Shown: positions 20,875-31,870, counted from the first letter of the stretch. The stretch: 64,000 bases of DNA from Sphingopyxis sp. (GCF_019459305.1 NZ_JAIBES010000072.1:2331-66330); one strand, 5' to 3'. The notes: a model not told the origin generated them from the sequence alone. Program-made: numbers and translations.

Positions 20875-21936
20875 ATGGCCGCACGTCTCGTAGTGATCTT
20901 TCTGCCTGAGGCCGAGACTGGGCGGCTTGAAGAAATATTGCCTCGCCACAGCAGACGTCATTGGCGTGCAACAGTGGCGGGCGGGCAGGAGAAATTCAGT
21001 TGCATCGTCCAGCAACGTTATACTGAGCGCTTGCTGGATGAATTAGAACTGGCGTTTGGCGCACTTCCGACATTCACGGCCTACGTCTCGCAAATCGAGG
21101 CAGTCTTGCCGCCTGTCAAGGAAACCCTTGCGACTGAGTTGTCTGGCTTGGGCGATCTGCCTCACATCACCGCGTTGGAACGCTTCTTCAGTCGTGACCG
21201 CAACAGCACGGACGAACTGTACGACGATATCGACGAAAGTCTCCACATCCGGCCCAGCTATTTGCTGACAGTAGCACTATCGTCCATGATCGCTGGGCTT
21301 GGGATGAGCAGCGGTCAAACAGCGGTGGTTATCGGTGCCATGATCATCGCGCCACTTCTCGGCCCCACCATGGGCATTGCGCTGGCCACCACCGTGGGAG
21401 ATTGGGGACTTGGCAGAAAGGCAGCGTCCACCCTTGCCATCGGATGCGTATTAGCTGTGCTGATTGGCTTCCTGATAGGAGCGATCTCTGACATCGACCC
21501 GCTTGTCACTGAACTTGTGAGCCGCACGGCTGTTAGCCCGGCAGACATTGCGCTTGCACTTGCCTCTGGCGCCGCGGGAGTTTTGGCTTTCAGCCGAGGC
21601 ACGTCCCTCTCGCTGGTTGGCGTGATGATCGCTGTCGCGCTCGTGCCCCCCTTGTCGGCGACGGGCATCTATGCAGGGGCAGGTTATCCTGTGGTGTCAG
21701 CAAATGCGCTGTTTCTCTTCTCGGTCAACTTGGTCTGCATTATGGTAGCGGGTATCGTGATGTTCCTGCTTCAGGGCCTACAGCCGAGAAACTGGCGGCT
21801 CACGGGTGGGATATTGGCCCTTTGGGTTTTCATCCTCGCGCTGCTTGGCTTCATGATGGCAGGGCATTTCCTCTTTGGCTTGGCCGCCATGGAAACGGTT
21901 TATCGGTTTTTTCTCGGAGGTAACGTGACCATCTGA
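20875..21936 (+). CDS. TIGR00341/DUF389 family membrane protein
   Basis: Soluble N-terminal domain followed by a repeated hydrophobic domain (GAMIIAPLLGP...GVMIAVALVPPL). Confidence 0.65.
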   Translation: MAARLVVIFLPEAETGRLEEILPRHSRRHWRATVAGGQEKFSCIVQQRYTERLLDELELAFGALPTFTAYVSQIEAVLPPVKETLATELSGLGDLPHITALERFFSRDRNSTDELYDDIDESLHIRPSYLLTVALSSMIAGLGMSSGQTAVVIGAMIIAPLLGPTMGIALATTVGDWGLGRKAASTLAIGCVLAVLIGFLIGAISDIDPLVTELVSRTAVSPADIALALASGAAGVLAFSRGTSLSLVGVMIAVALVPPLSATGIYAGAGYPVVSANALFLFSVNLVCIMVAGIVMFLLQGLQPRNWRLTGGILALWVFILALLGFMMAGHFLFGLAAMETVYRFFLGGNVTI

Positions 21937-22358
21937 CTTTCCTCCAAGACAGCATCTGGGAGCGCGGCTCATGGTCTGGAGGCAAATCGTGTTTGTCACG
22001 GGCCACTTGAGGCTCGCCGCCGGCGCGATGCGGATGAAATTTGCTCCGCCGTCAGGAGCGAAGGGTTCTGCCGCCGCAATCGAAATTGGCGCCTGAAGTT
22101 TTGGGTAAGGCTAGCGGTGCTCTCTATTTTTGAGAGGTCGACGCATGTGCTTTGGCAACCTCAAGAAAGCCGTCAAAGAAGAGAACCCGCCTCATGAAGC
22201 ACTTCGCCGGCTACCGGCGAGAATGAACCTTAGCGCTAAATTCCCTGAGCCAGCAGTGCACGGTCGATACGATGAGGTCGCAAGACATGAGCGCCTGTCT
22301 TTGCAGTTACGGGGCGCTTCTTGAGCAGAGGCGCCGTATCTCACCTAATACGATTGCT

Positions 22359-22742
22359 CTACGCGGAAACCGCAGCCTCCACATTTAAGAGACTGATCAA
22401 GGCGGCGCCAAGCGCCTTGTCGCTGTACGGCTTCTGCAGCACTGGACGGTCGCCAAATCGCGCATCGATACCAAGTTTGCTGTATCCAGTTGAAAACATG
22501 AACGGGACATCTTGCCGAGCTAGAGCGTCCGCAATTGCAAAGCTTGGCGTCGCGCCCAGATTGACGTCAAGGATCGCAACGTCGAACCGCTTTGTCTCGA
22601 TGAGACCCAAAGTGTCGGCAACCGAGGACGCCACCGACACAGACCTGCAACCCATATCCGCGAGCGCGCTCTCGATAACCATGAGGACCATGATTTCGTC
22701 CTCGACGACGAGGACGCGCCGATCGGAAAGAAACTCATCCAT
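22359..22742 (-). CDS. single-domain response regulator (receiver)
   Basis: RRVLVVEDE...DVAILDVNLG...FSTGY receiver pattern. Start MDEF at 22742 overlaps the kinase stop by 8 nt. Confidence 0.85.
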   Translation of the reverse strand: MDEFLSDRRVLVVEDEIMVLMVIESALADMGCRSVSVASSVADTLGLIETKRFDVAILDVNLGATPSFAIADALARQDVPFMFSTGYSKLGIDARFGDRPVLQKPYSDKALGAALISLLNVEAAVSA

Positions 22743-23838
22743 TGGCAATCGATCCTTCAAAGGGAAAATCAATACGGCATACCAGCCCTTCAGACCGATA
22801 ATCGATATGCACCGCCCCCCGCAGTTCGTGCGTCAGACCGCGCTCCACCATCTGTGAACCAAAGCCCACTCGGGTAGGCGCCGCGACAACAGGTCCGTCA
22901 TTTTCGCGCCACGTCAGCACCAGTCGTTCGCCGGAGGGTGTGATTTCGGTTTTCCACGCGATGCGAACGGTCCCGCGATCATTGGAAAGGGCTCCATATT
23001 TCACAGCGTTGGTTGCGAGTTCGTGAAACGCAATTCCCAGTGCCAACGCCGCTTTGGGAGCAAGCCGCACGTTGACCCCTTCGATCTGAATACGTTTCGC
23101 GCCCCCGTGCTCGGCTTCGAACGGTTCCATCGCGGCGTCGATCAGATCGTGAAGCCCGGCGCCGTCCCAATCATGACGGGTCAATAGATCGTGCGATCGA
23201 GACAAGGCGAAGATTCGGGACTCAATTGCTTCAGCGACCGCTTTAGGATCGTCGTTCGCCCGAATTGCCTGACGCACGATCGATTGAATCGTGGACAGCG
23301 TGTTCTTCACGCGGTGGGTGAGTTCGTTGATCAACATTTCGCTGTGCGCCTGCTTTTCACGCTGCCAGGTCTGATCGACGAGCGATATGAAATGCTGCAC
23401 TGCAGCACCTGTCTCGTCACACATCGGGCTGATGAAAAGTGATGCCCAGAAGCTCGTCCCGTCGCTGCGTCGGCAACTGACCTCAGGTTCATGTTCCGCG
23501 CGGCCAGCGAACGCGCTCTCGATTTCCTCGATTGCCGCCGGTTCGCCTTCTGCGTTCATCAACGAAATAAAATTTGCGCCAAGCACCTTGTCGCGGGCGA
23601 AGCCGGTAAGGTCGAGAAAGGCGTGATTGGCGAAAATGATGCGGCTGTCCGCTATTCCCGCATGGGTGAAAATCATCGGCATGCGCGTTTTTTCCGCAGC
23701 CACCACAAACGGACCGAGAGCCTTCCGAAACTGCTCGACATCAGCTTCGTCTGCGGTCTGCCGTCCGCGCCCCTCTATGGCGTCCAACATGTGATTTTCC
23801 GATCTCCGTACGAGATTGTCAGCCCTCGCCCTTGTCAT
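22735..23838 (-). CDS. PAS-domain HWE/HisKA_2 family sensor histidine kinase
   Basis: PAS core (IIFANHAFLDLTGF...). H-box ELTHRVKNTLSTIQSI. ATP-lid HELATNAVKYGA. Confidence 0.85.
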   Translation of the reverse strand: MTRARADNLVRRSENHMLDAIEGRGRQTADEADVEQFRKALGPFVVAAEKTRMPMIFTHAGIADSRIIFANHAFLDLTGFARDKVLGANFISLMNAEGEPAAIEEIESAFAGRAEHEPEVSCRRSDGTSFWASLFISPMCDETGAAVQHFISLVDQTWQREKQAHSEMLINELTHRVKNTLSTIQSIVRQAIRANDDPKAVAEAIESRIFALSRSHDLLTRHDWDGAGLHDLIDAAMEPFEAEHGGAKRIQIEGVNVRLAPKAALALGIAFHELATNAVKYGALSNDRGTVRIAWKTEITPSGERLVLTWRENDGPVVAAPTRVGFGSQMVERGLTHELRGAVHIDYRSEGLVCRIDFPFEGSIANG

Positions 23839-23871
23839 TCTTGTGGCGGCGGCCGTGCGCCGGGCAGGGGA

Positions 23872-24264
23872 CTATCGGCAGCGGACGTCGCGGTCGATTT
23901 CCCGCCCGGCCAAGCCACCGGCGACTGCGCCCAAAATCGTGCCAAGGGTCTCGGATCGGCCCGGCGCCAAAAGATTGCCCAACACCCCGCCCGCGATCGC
24001 GCCTACGATCAGACCCGTCGTGCCGTCGGATCGGCGGCAGTAATAACGCCCGTCGCGACCGCGATAGATGCGATCCTGATACGATAAGCGGCGCTCGCGA
24101 TAGCGAGGATGGTCGCGGTAATAACGGTCGGCGTCATAACCTCCGTAGGACGGGTCCGGATTGTTGTAATCGTAGCGGCGATAATCCGCGCCGGGCCCAT
24201 ATCCATCAGTGGCGCAGCCGGTTACCAGCAACGCCGACACCATTCCCATCATTACGATACGCAT
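23872..24264 (-). CDS. glycine-zipper 2TM (17-kDa antigen-like) lipoprotein
   Basis: AGGAGAG RBS. Lipobox LLVTGC. Tyr/Arg/Asp-rich middle. C-terminal GLIVGAIAGGVLGNLL...ILGAVAGGLAG. Confidence 0.7.
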   Translation of the reverse strand: MRIVMMGMVSALLVTGCATDGYGPGADYRRYDYNNPDPSYGGYDADRYYRDHPRYRERRLSYQDRIYRGRDGRYYCRRSDGTTGLIVGAIAGGVLGNLLAPGRSETLGTILGAVAGGLAGREIDRDVRCR

Positions 24265-24380
24265 CTCAGCTCTCCTGCACAACTTATGTGAAATGTATCG
24301 GCTGCGATCAGCACCGCTATTCGTAACTTCCCTCAGTTCCGCTGAATTGGATTAGCCTCCTTGAATCCCTTCAGCTGTCG

Positions 24381-24900
24381 TTGGCGACGCGTTTCCCGGC
24401 CGGGCGGCGGAAAAGCGCGCCGAGCACGCACACGGGGAGCAGGGAGGTGGAGCGCGCCGATATCCAGCGTGTCCTATCGCGCGATATGCTGCCGCCCATT
24501 ACGATCGTGTGTGGATGTGGGGATGACCCCGAGGACTGGCTATCGCGCACCGATGCGGCGTTGGTCGAGAAGTTCGACAGCGCCTTCAAACATCATCTCG
24601 ACCGCTACAAATATGCCGGTCGATAACGACGTCGATCCGCTGATGCATGGGGCCGCAGGACTGGAAATTCTAGCCGAGCTCGATGAGCGATTAACGGAAG
24701 AGATTTGTCTAGACGGCGCAAAGCGCGAATCCAGCGACATCGCGCTCCTTCCGGTGGTGCGGCAGTTCTCCCGGGTAGAGCTAGAATGGTTCATGAACTT
24801 CGGATCGCGACGGTTGCGCGAATGGCTGTGGCGCCTACGCAGGCCTGGTCGGGCGTTGTCAGTTCTTGCCGGGACCCGCGTCGAGCCCCGCAGGTTTCGC
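24381..24900 (+). pseudogene. glutathione S-transferase-like gene relic (frameshifted, N-terminally degraded)
   Basis: DDPEDWL...LVEKFDSAFKHHLDRYKYAGR-stop in one frame. It continues in another frame as ...LDGAKRESSDIALLPVVRQFSRVELEWF. Confidence 0.45.
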
Positions 24901-24934
24901 GCTCGGCTTGATGCGGGCGGGGCCGCTCGGAGGG

Positions 24935-25877
24935 GTGGCAGCTGGACGGCGTTCATCCTGCCGTCGGCGCTCCTGATGTTCGGCTTCGCACTAATCGCGG
25001 GCGATCTCTCGGGCCCGCTCGCCGAAGCCGTGATCCACGGCCTCAAAATCGCCGCGGTCGCGGTTGTCGCGCAGGCGCTCCTCGGAATGGCGCGCACGCT
25101 CACGTCCGAGCTTCAGCGGTTGGCACTGGCCGTCGCAGCGATGGCGGCGGTGTTGCTGGTCGCGACGTCTGCGGCGCAGATTGCAATCATCTTATGGGCG
25201 CGCTTGCTGGGATGGTCATGGGAAACGCCGGCGAGATGAAAACCCCGGCGACGAGGCTGGGTTCCGAACCGAAGGGCGGGCCTCTACTGCCTTGGCCTTT
25301 TCGCCGCGGTGCTGCTGCTCTTGCCCCTGGCGGCGGCGTGACAAGAACCGTTCGCACTGGTTGGCATCTTCTTTCGTGCGGGTGCGCTGGTATTCGGCGG
25401 CGGGCATGTGGTGTTGCCTTTATTGCGGGAAGGGTTGTCCCCGGCTGGCTGAACGATAGCCAGTTTCTCGCGGGCTATGGCGCAGCGCAAGCCGTGCCGG
25501 GCCGTTGTTCACGTTCGCCGCCTATCTCGGCTCTCTGGCGCAGCCGGATGCGCCGGTGGCGGGAGCCACTGCTCGCGCTTGCTATGATCTTCCTGCCGGG
25601 GTTGCTGCTGATCGCAGGAGGGATGCCATTTCGCGCCTCTATCGCCGGAATCCGCAAAACGCGCGCGGCGATCGCGGGGGTCAATGCCGCGGTGGAGGGG
25701 ATTCTGGCCGCCGCGCTCTTTTATTCTCTGTGGACGACCGGCATCGCCTCCCTTGCCGATGCGCTGATCGCGCTTGCCGGATTCGCGCTGCTGGTGCGGT
25801 TCACGCCGCCGCCGCTTGTCGTCGTCGTCGTGTCGGTGGCGGCCTCGACCGGCTATGCCGCCGCCGGATGGGCTTGA
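24935..25877 (+). pseudogene. chrA: chromate transporter (ChrA/CHR family) gene, N-terminally truncated with several frameshifts and an internal stop
   Basis: CHR motifs are spread over three frames: AFILPSALLMFGF...LKIAAVAVVAQALLGMAR; FFRAGALVFGGGHVVLPLL; GWLNDSQFLAGYGAAQAVPG; LFTFAAYLG; LALAMIFLPGLLLIAG...GVNAAVEGILAAAL. Confidence 0.75.
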
Positions 25878-26099
25878 GTTGTCGCAGAAATGTATATTTC
25901 CGAGAGCAGGGGCCGCCGGATGCTGAAATTTGCCGCACATTTCGCCACTGGGGCTCACCTCGCCCGAAGTGAAGGAGGCGGCTGTTCGATATCGTGACCG
26001 GGTGGGTGTAGCGCGACAGATAGGCGAGCTCGGGCCCGGCGAACGGCGGCTTGGCTTAGCGGGCGCGTGTCGGCACTGCTGACAAACGCCCGCCCGGGG

Positions 26100-28181
26100 C
26101 TACATTGCCCAGCGAATGCGGGCAAAGGCGGACCGGCCCGCGCCCGGCAAACGCGCGCCCAGCGGGACATCGGTCCCTGTTATCCGGTTGTATCCAGCCA
26201 GATGTTCGCGATAACAGGTATCGAAGAGGTTCTCGATGCCAAGATCGAGCCTGATGCCGTCACGTATCACCCAGTATCCCGCGATGTTGGCAAGGACATG
26301 CCCGGCGCTCGGCGCCTCGCTATTGGTGACCGAAACCCGCGTTTGCCGGGCGACGAACTGGCCTTCGATCGAGATTGACCAGCGGCTTTGCGCCCAGCTC
26401 ACCGCCAGACGGGCATTTGCCGGTGCCATGCGGTAGAGATTGTCGGCAATATCCGTGCGCTCAGCACGCACATAGCTGGCAACTCCGTCAAGCCGCAGCG
26501 GCCCCACAATCTTCGCGCCAAAGGCAATGTCTGCGCCCCAGATGCGCGCATCGGTGTTGGCAAAGCGCAGCGGGGTGGGATCGCCACTGCCATTCGAAAC
26601 GATTTCGACGGGGGTGTTGACGATGCCGGGCGTCGTGTCAAACGGCACACCCTGGATGAAATCGTCGATCCGGCGATAATAGACGACCGGGCGGGTATAG
26701 GCATTGTCACCCTGCCAATCGAAACCAAGCTCGGCAATCCACGCCTTTTCGATCTTCAGATGGACGTCGCCGACATAGATATTGCCGTCGGCGAGGCCGC
26801 CGCTGGCTTCGGTGGGCAGCCAGGAATAGCGCTCAATGAGGCTGGGCGCGCGCGTCTTGTGCGCCAGCGTTAGTCGCGGGGTAAAGGCGCCCATATCGGC
26901 CCATAGCCGCAGTGATGCATCGACGCTGGTGCCCGACCAGTTACGGTCGGCCAGTGCAAAGGCATTGGCGAGATTGACCGGACCTGCCGGAACTCCGGGG
27001 CCGTAGCGCGATGTGCCGGTCGATGCGCCGTGACGGTCGATGCGCAGTCCAAGTTCGGATTCAATGGCGCCAAAACCGTTCCGCCATTCGACATAGCCGC
27101 CCACCCGGTCGCTCTTGGCGCGATCAAGCGGATGGATGAAGAAGGCTGGGGACAGGGGATTGTACAGCATGTAGCCCTTGTCGATCAGCTCGAAATCAGC
27201 GCCGATCCGGATGTGACGACCTGCCGAGCCAAAGCGCAACGACGCATCGGCTCCTATCGTGTCAGCATAGGTGTCCGACTGTCTGGTCAGGGCAGTCGTC
27301 GGCGCGGGGCGTAATTCATAGTTGTTCATGCGATGGGACACGCCTGTGTAGCTGGCGTGGACCTCCAGTCGCAGATTGTCGTCGAGATCGCCTTCAAATC
27401 CTGCACGGGCAAAGTCGGTGTGGAAATAGACGATGTCCATGGCAAACGGCGGGTTGCCGGAACGGCCAGTATCCTGCCGCCGATATTCGAGACTGAACTC
27501 ACCGGGACCGGCACGAAAGCCGGCATGAACGCCATAGACCGCGCGATGAAACGATGTGCTGCCAATGCGTCCGCCTGGAAAACGGGTATCATCGCCCGCT
27601 TCATATGAGCCGATCACACCAAGGCGCAGGCTGTCGCTGGCAAGGGCGACAAGACCGCCCATGGCCACACTGTCATCGACGCTGCGATACTGGCTGGACA
27701 GGTCGATCTGCGGTGACAGGCTGGAGCCCGTGCCAAAGCGCGCATGTTTGAGGACCGTGTTGACGCCGCCACCCAGTCCGGGGCCGTCGCGCACAGGGGA
27801 AATCCCGCGTGCGATCTCGACCCTGTCGATCAGCATCATGGGGGCATAGTGCATCGCCGGATCCATGGCATTGGGGCCGCCTGTGGCGAAACGCTGGCCG
27901 TTGATCCGCAGCAGGATGCGCTCGCCAAACAGGCCGCGCATCTGCACCTGGCCGGAAAGAGCCCCATTCGCGACGAGAGCCGCGCCGGGCTGGCGCGCGA
28001 TAAAGGCCGCGCCATCGGGCCCGGTGGACAGTTCCTCGTCAGCTTCGGACGCAGCATCGGTGGCCGTCAGGCGCGGTGCTGTCACGACGATGGTATCGGG
28101 TGATTGTTCATGGCCTTCAGCGGCAAAGGCAGGGCTGGCAGCGGTCAGGGCGACCGCTGCGCTCAGGATAGAAGTCTTCAT
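26100..28181 (-). CDS. TonB-dependent outer-membrane receptor
   Basis: Signal peptide MKTSILSAAVALTAASPAFA. Plug region (DTIVVTAPR, RVEIARG). Long beta-barrel with the typical C-terminal strand. Confidence 0.9.
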   Translation of the reverse strand: MKTSILSAAVALTAASPAFAAEGHEQSPDTIVVTAPRLTATDAASEADEELSTGPDGAAFIARQPGAALVANGALSGQVQMRGLFGERILLRINGQRFATGGPNAMDPAMHYAPMMLIDRVEIARGISPVRDGPGLGGGVNTVLKHARFGTGSSLSPQIDLSSQYRSVDDSVAMGGLVALASDSLRLGVIGSYEAGDDTRFPGGRIGSTSFHRAVYGVHAGFRAGPGEFSLEYRRQDTGRSGNPPFAMDIVYFHTDFARAGFEGDLDDNLRLEVHASYTGVSHRMNNYELRPAPTTALTRQSDTYADTIGADASLRFGSAGRHIRIGADFELIDKGYMLYNPLSPAFFIHPLDRAKSDRVGGYVEWRNGFGAIESELGLRIDRHGASTGTSRYGPGVPAGPVNLANAFALADRNWSGTSVDASLRLWADMGAFTPRLTLAHKTRAPSLIERYSWLPTEASGGLADGNIYVGDVHLKIEKAWIAELGFDWQGDNAYTRPVVYYRRIDDFIQGVPFDTTPGIVNTPVEIVSNGSGDPTPLRFANTDARIWGADIAFGAKIVGPLRLDGVASYVRAERTDIADNLYRMAPANARLAVSWAQSRWSISIEGQFVARQTRVSVTNSEAPSAGHVLANIAGYWVIRDGIRLDLGIENLFDTCYREHLAGYNRITGTDVPLGARLPGAGRSAFARIRWAM

Positions 28182-28319
28182 GGTTCAGATCATTCGCAAA
28201 AGATGCAAAATTGCGCCGCCCGCATCGAAGGTGTTGGGCAGGGTATTTTGCCGGGAAGGAGACGGACATGCTCACGCGCGATTGTCGCCGGGCTCAGTCC
28301 GCAGGTTCAGGCCACTATG

Positions 28320-28730
28320 TCAGGCGAATGACGGAGGTCCCCGTAGCGGCGGGCGCAAACGAGCAAGTGGGTGAAGCACAGACGACGCAACGAGGCTAGC
28401 ACCTGTTATCAGGACGAAGGCGAGTGCCTGCGCGAGCAGAAGGCCATCGGCCCCCGCCATCGACGCCATCGACAGGGCGGAAAAAACGCAAGGCGGGTTC
28501 TTCTGGCTATGGTCGCCTGAACCGTCATGCCCTTCGCCCGATCGTGGCACCACGATCTTGATGGTGCTACGCTCGTCCTCGAAACCCGAACATATCTTTA
28601 CGCTCAGCGTGACCGCCGAAGGGGCAACCATATAGCCCGCGGGAATCAACCCGCGAATGAGCAGAGCGATCACCACAAGCATCATCGCCCAGGTTCGCCG
28701 CTCGACAGTGAAGGCGCGCAGGTGTTTCAT
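28320..28730 (-). CDS. DUF2946 family protein
   Basis: Small protein with an N-terminal TM (LIRGLIPAGYM), a central CxF motif (PPCVFSAL), and the family's usual position just upstream of a TonB-dependent receptor. Confidence 0.6.
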   Translation of the reverse strand: MKHLRAFTVERRTWAMMLVVIALLIRGLIPAGYMVAPSAVTLSVKICSGFEDERSTIKIVVPRSGEGHDGSGDHSQKNPPCVFSALSMASMAGADGLLLAQALAFVLITGASLVASSVLHPLARLRPPLRGPPSFA

Positions 28731-28774
28731 TCGCGGGCGCCCTTAGCTCTTGCCTTCCGGGTTGTCACGGTAGG

Positions 28775-29497
28775 TCATGTTCCAACCGATGCCGCTGGCG
28801 CATGGTGACCCGGTGTTTCCTCGACCGTCTGGCCATCACGAATATTATAGAGCCGCTTGAAGGTCGGGATGATCTTTTCATCATGGGTGACGATGATGAT
28901 CGCCGTATCAAACTGACGAGCCATGTCGTTGAGCAGCCCCACCACCGCAAGGGCGCGCTGTCCGTCAAGCGGCGCGGTTGGTTCGTCGGCAAGGATAACC
29001 GGCGGACGATTAATCAGGGCGCGGGCGATCGCCACGCGCTGCTGTTCTCCGCCCGAAAGCTGCGAGGGCACGGCGGCGGCGCGGTGGGCGACATCCAGCG
29101 CATCGAGCAGATCGCGCGCTTCCTTGCGGGCCGCTGCATTGGGCTTTCCTGCCAGCATCGGCAGCAACGCGACATTGTCGGTCACATCAAGGAACGGGAT
29201 AAGATAGGGAGCCTGAAAAATGAAGCCGATCATATCCCGCCGGAGCGCGCGCAGATCGCGGACTTTCCAGCGATTGTCGTAAATGCACTGGTCGCCGATC
29301 GTCATCTTACCCGACGTCGGTTCGATCACGGCACCAAGGCATTTGAGCAGGGTGCTCTTGCCCGAACCCGATGGTCCGATCAGCCCCACGACTTCGCCCT
29401 TGGCCACATTCATATCTACGCCGCGCAGGGCATGAACCTTCGTCTCGCCGCTGCCGTAGGTCTTGACGACATTCTCGAGGGTAATGCCCTCAGCCAC
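28775..29497 (-). CDS. ABC transporter ATP-binding protein (DevA/MacB-ATPase type)
   Basis: Walker [10 protein letters not shown], signature [15 protein letters not shown], Walker B ILADEPT. Confidence 0.9.
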   Translation of the reverse strand: MAEGITLENVVKTYGSGETKVHALRGVDMNVAKGEVVGLIGPSGSGKSTLLKCLGAVIEPTSGKMTIGDQCIYDNRWKVRDLRALRRDMIGFIFQAPYLIPFLDVTDNVALLPMLAGKPNAAARKEARDLLDALDVAHRAAAVPSQLSGGEQQRVAIARALINRPPVILADEPTAPLDGQRALAVVGLLNDMARQFDTAIIIVTHDEKIIPTFKRLYNIRDGQTVEETPGHHAPAASVGT

Positions 29498-30692
29498 CGA
29501 TCGCCTCCGCCGGATCGACCTTGATCGCAGCCTGGATGGCCAGAAAGCTCGCCAATGTGCAGATCAGCATCACCGCCACGAAGCCCCGAATCGAATCCGA
29601 TGACAGCAGCAGCACATATTTGGGGAAGAAGGGCGCCCACATGCTGGCCGCGATCTTGCCAACGATGAAGCCGATCAGCCCCAACCCCAGCGCCTGTTGC
29701 AGGATCATCCATGAGATCGTGCGGTTGCGCGTGCCGATCAGTTTCAGCACGGCAATTTCGCGGATCTTACCGATGGTCATGGTGTAGATGATGAAGGCAA
29801 CGATGGCCGCACTCACAATCGAGAGGATGACCAGAAACATTGCGATCTGCTTGGCCGAATTAGCGATCAGCTTCTGAACAAGGATTTCCTCCATCTCAGT
29901 ACGGGTATAGACGGTCAGGCGTTGCCAGCGGCGGATGGCAGCGGCGACGTCATCGGGATTGGCATCCGGCGTTATGGTGACCAGAACGGCATTGACGTTG
30001 GTGTTGCCCGATTGAACAGCGTTTACGGCTTGCGTCACCGCCGGATTGCCCGGCGGGTTCAATTGTGGATTGGCAGCCGTGCGCGCGCGCTGGCGCACGA
30101 TGGCGTCGCTGTCCTTCTGGAACTGGGCCGCTTGAGCATCTTTCAACGACAAGAACAGCATCGGATCGCCGCCCGATGACACCATTCTGCTGGTCAGCCC
30201 GACAATCGTATAAAAATTGCGGCGAACTTTGACGCGGTCGCCAATCGCGAAGCCCGTCTTCACATCGGCCACAGCTTCATAGTGAGCACGCACAATCTGG
30301 CGTCCCGAGATCAGATGAGTGGGCTGGCCGGGCAGGCCTGGCTCTCCCATCTCGGCCCCCACGACCATAACGCGGACATCCATATCGCCATGGGCGATCT
30401 GCATTGTAAGATAGGTTACGCCTGCCGCCTGGGCGACGCCGCGCATGGCCTGAATGGGGCGCTCGCTATCTTCGGTCAGGCTTGAGGGTTCCGCATAAGG
30501 GCCAAGGGTGTCTTTCTGCACGACCCAGAGATCTGCTCGACTGTTGTCGAGCAAGGCCTGCGCATCATCGACCATGCCGCGATAGACACCGGCCATCGAC
30601 AGGGTGACACCGATCAGCAACCCCAACCCCACGCCGGTAAGAACAAATTTTCCCCAGCCATGCAGGATGTCGCGCCCAGCAAGGCTGATCAT
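29490..30692 (-). CDS. ABC exporter permease, FtsX-like (DevC type)
   Basis: N-terminal TM, large periplasmic domain, C-terminal FtsX triplet of TMs. 8-nt overlap with the ATPase gene. Confidence 0.85.
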   Translation of the reverse strand: MISLAGRDILHGWGKFVLTGVGLGLLIGVTLSMAGVYRGMVDDAQALLDNSRADLWVVQKDTLGPYAEPSSLTEDSERPIQAMRGVAQAAGVTYLTMQIAHGDMDVRVMVVGAEMGEPGLPGQPTHLISGRQIVRAHYEAVADVKTGFAIGDRVKVRRNFYTIVGLTSRMVSSGGDPMLFLSLKDAQAAQFQKDSDAIVRQRARTAANPQLNPPGNPAVTQAVNAVQSGNTNVNAVLVTITPDANPDDVAAAIRRWQRLTVYTRTEMEEILVQKLIANSAKQIAMFLVILSIVSAAIVAFIIYTMTIGKIREIAVLKLIGTRNRTISWMILQQALGLGLIGFIVGKIAASMWAPFFPKYVLLLSSDSIRGFVAVMLICTLASFLAIQAAIKVDPAEAIGG

Positions 30693-31870
30693 GGCAGCGT
30701 TTCGACGATACTGAAGCGGCTGCTGGAGGTGAGTGCTCTCGCGCTATGAACGACAAGCCGCTCGCCTCTGGTGAGGCCGTCCAATATCTGCACCCATCCA
30801 CTCAGATCCTGTGCGCCGATCCTGACGGGCGCAAAGACAAGATCCCCATTGCGGATAACCCATACCCCGGTCTGACCTTCCACGCGGTGGACTGCCGCGT
30901 TGGGAATGGCCAGCGTTCGAGACCGGGCGGGCAAGGCGACGGTCACCTCGGCCAGTTCACCAATGGAGGGCAGCGTTCCCGTGGCCGTGAAGCGCGCTTT
31001 GGCGAGCACTTCTTCGGTCAGGGCATCGGCCAAAGGCTCAACGCGTTCAATGACACCGTCAAGTGAACCGTCCGGTCGGGAACGCAGGACAATTCGCACC
31101 GGCAGTCCCGCGGCCAGGCCTGCCGATTGCGTCTGGTCGAAGCGGACATTGATCCACAGCTGTGACGGATCGATGATCTCGACCACCGCCTGCCCGGCAA
31201 CCACGGTAGTGCCCGGTTCGACCGACCGTCGAACGACGAGCCCGGCGCGCTGTGCGACGAGGCGGAGATTTGACCGCTGTTCAATCAAGGCTGCACGCTC
31301 CGCGTCAAGTCGCCCGCGATCCTGTGCGGCGGCACTGCGATTGGCCTGTGTGGCTGCCATATTCGCCCGCGCCGTCGCCAGTTCCTGTCGGCGCTGATCA
31401 ACCATCGCGTCGGTTACCCAGCCACCTGCTTTCAAATGTTCGGTTCGCGCGGCTTGGGATTGTGCCAGCGCTACGCGCGCCGACGCATCGGCAATTTGTG
31501 CTGCAGCGGCCTGTTCCAAAGCGGCTGACCGTGCCGTGCCGCCAGCAGCGGCTGCAATGCGCTGATCAAGATCAACGGGATCGATCTGCGCCAGCAATTG
31601 TCCCGGCTGCACCATGTCACCGACATCCACAGCCAGCAGGGTCACCCTACCGGCCGCTGTTGGCCCAACCTTCTGGGTGTGACGGGCCTCCACAGTGCCG
31701 ATGCCAAACATGGCCGGGGTAATGCTGCGCTCTTCAACTTGTGCGACGGTTACATTGATCGGTGCCAGCGGCCCGGAGCGGAATGCCACCCAGGCAAAAA
31801 GCACAAGCAGGGGAACGAGAACGGCCAGCAATGTCCAGCCTCTGCGACTCAGGGTGAATGGCAACTTCAT
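30689..31870 (-). CDS. membrane fusion protein (HlyD/DevB type periplasmic adaptor)
   Basis: N-terminal TM, coiled-coil hairpin (Ala/Gln-rich), lipoyl and beta-barrel segments. ATGA overlaps on both sides. Confidence 0.85.
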   Translation of the reverse strand: MKLPFTLSRRGWTLLAVLVPLLVLFAWVAFRSGPLAPINVTVAQVEERSITPAMFGIGTVEARHTQKVGPTAAGRVTLLAVDVGDMVQPGQLLAQIDPVDLDQRIAAAAGGTARSAALEQAAAAQIADASARVALAQSQAARTEHLKAGGWVTDAMVDQRRQELATARANMAATQANRSAAAQDRGRLDAERAALIEQRSNLRLVAQRAGLVVRRSVEPGTTVVAGQAVVEIIDPSQLWINVRFDQTQSAGLAAGLPVRIVLRSRPDGSLDGVIERVEPLADALTEEVLAKARFTATGTLPSIGELAEVTVALPARSRTLAIPNAAVHRVEGQTGVWVIRNGDLVFAPVRIGAQDLSGWVQILDGLTRGERLVVHSARALTSSSRFSIVETLP

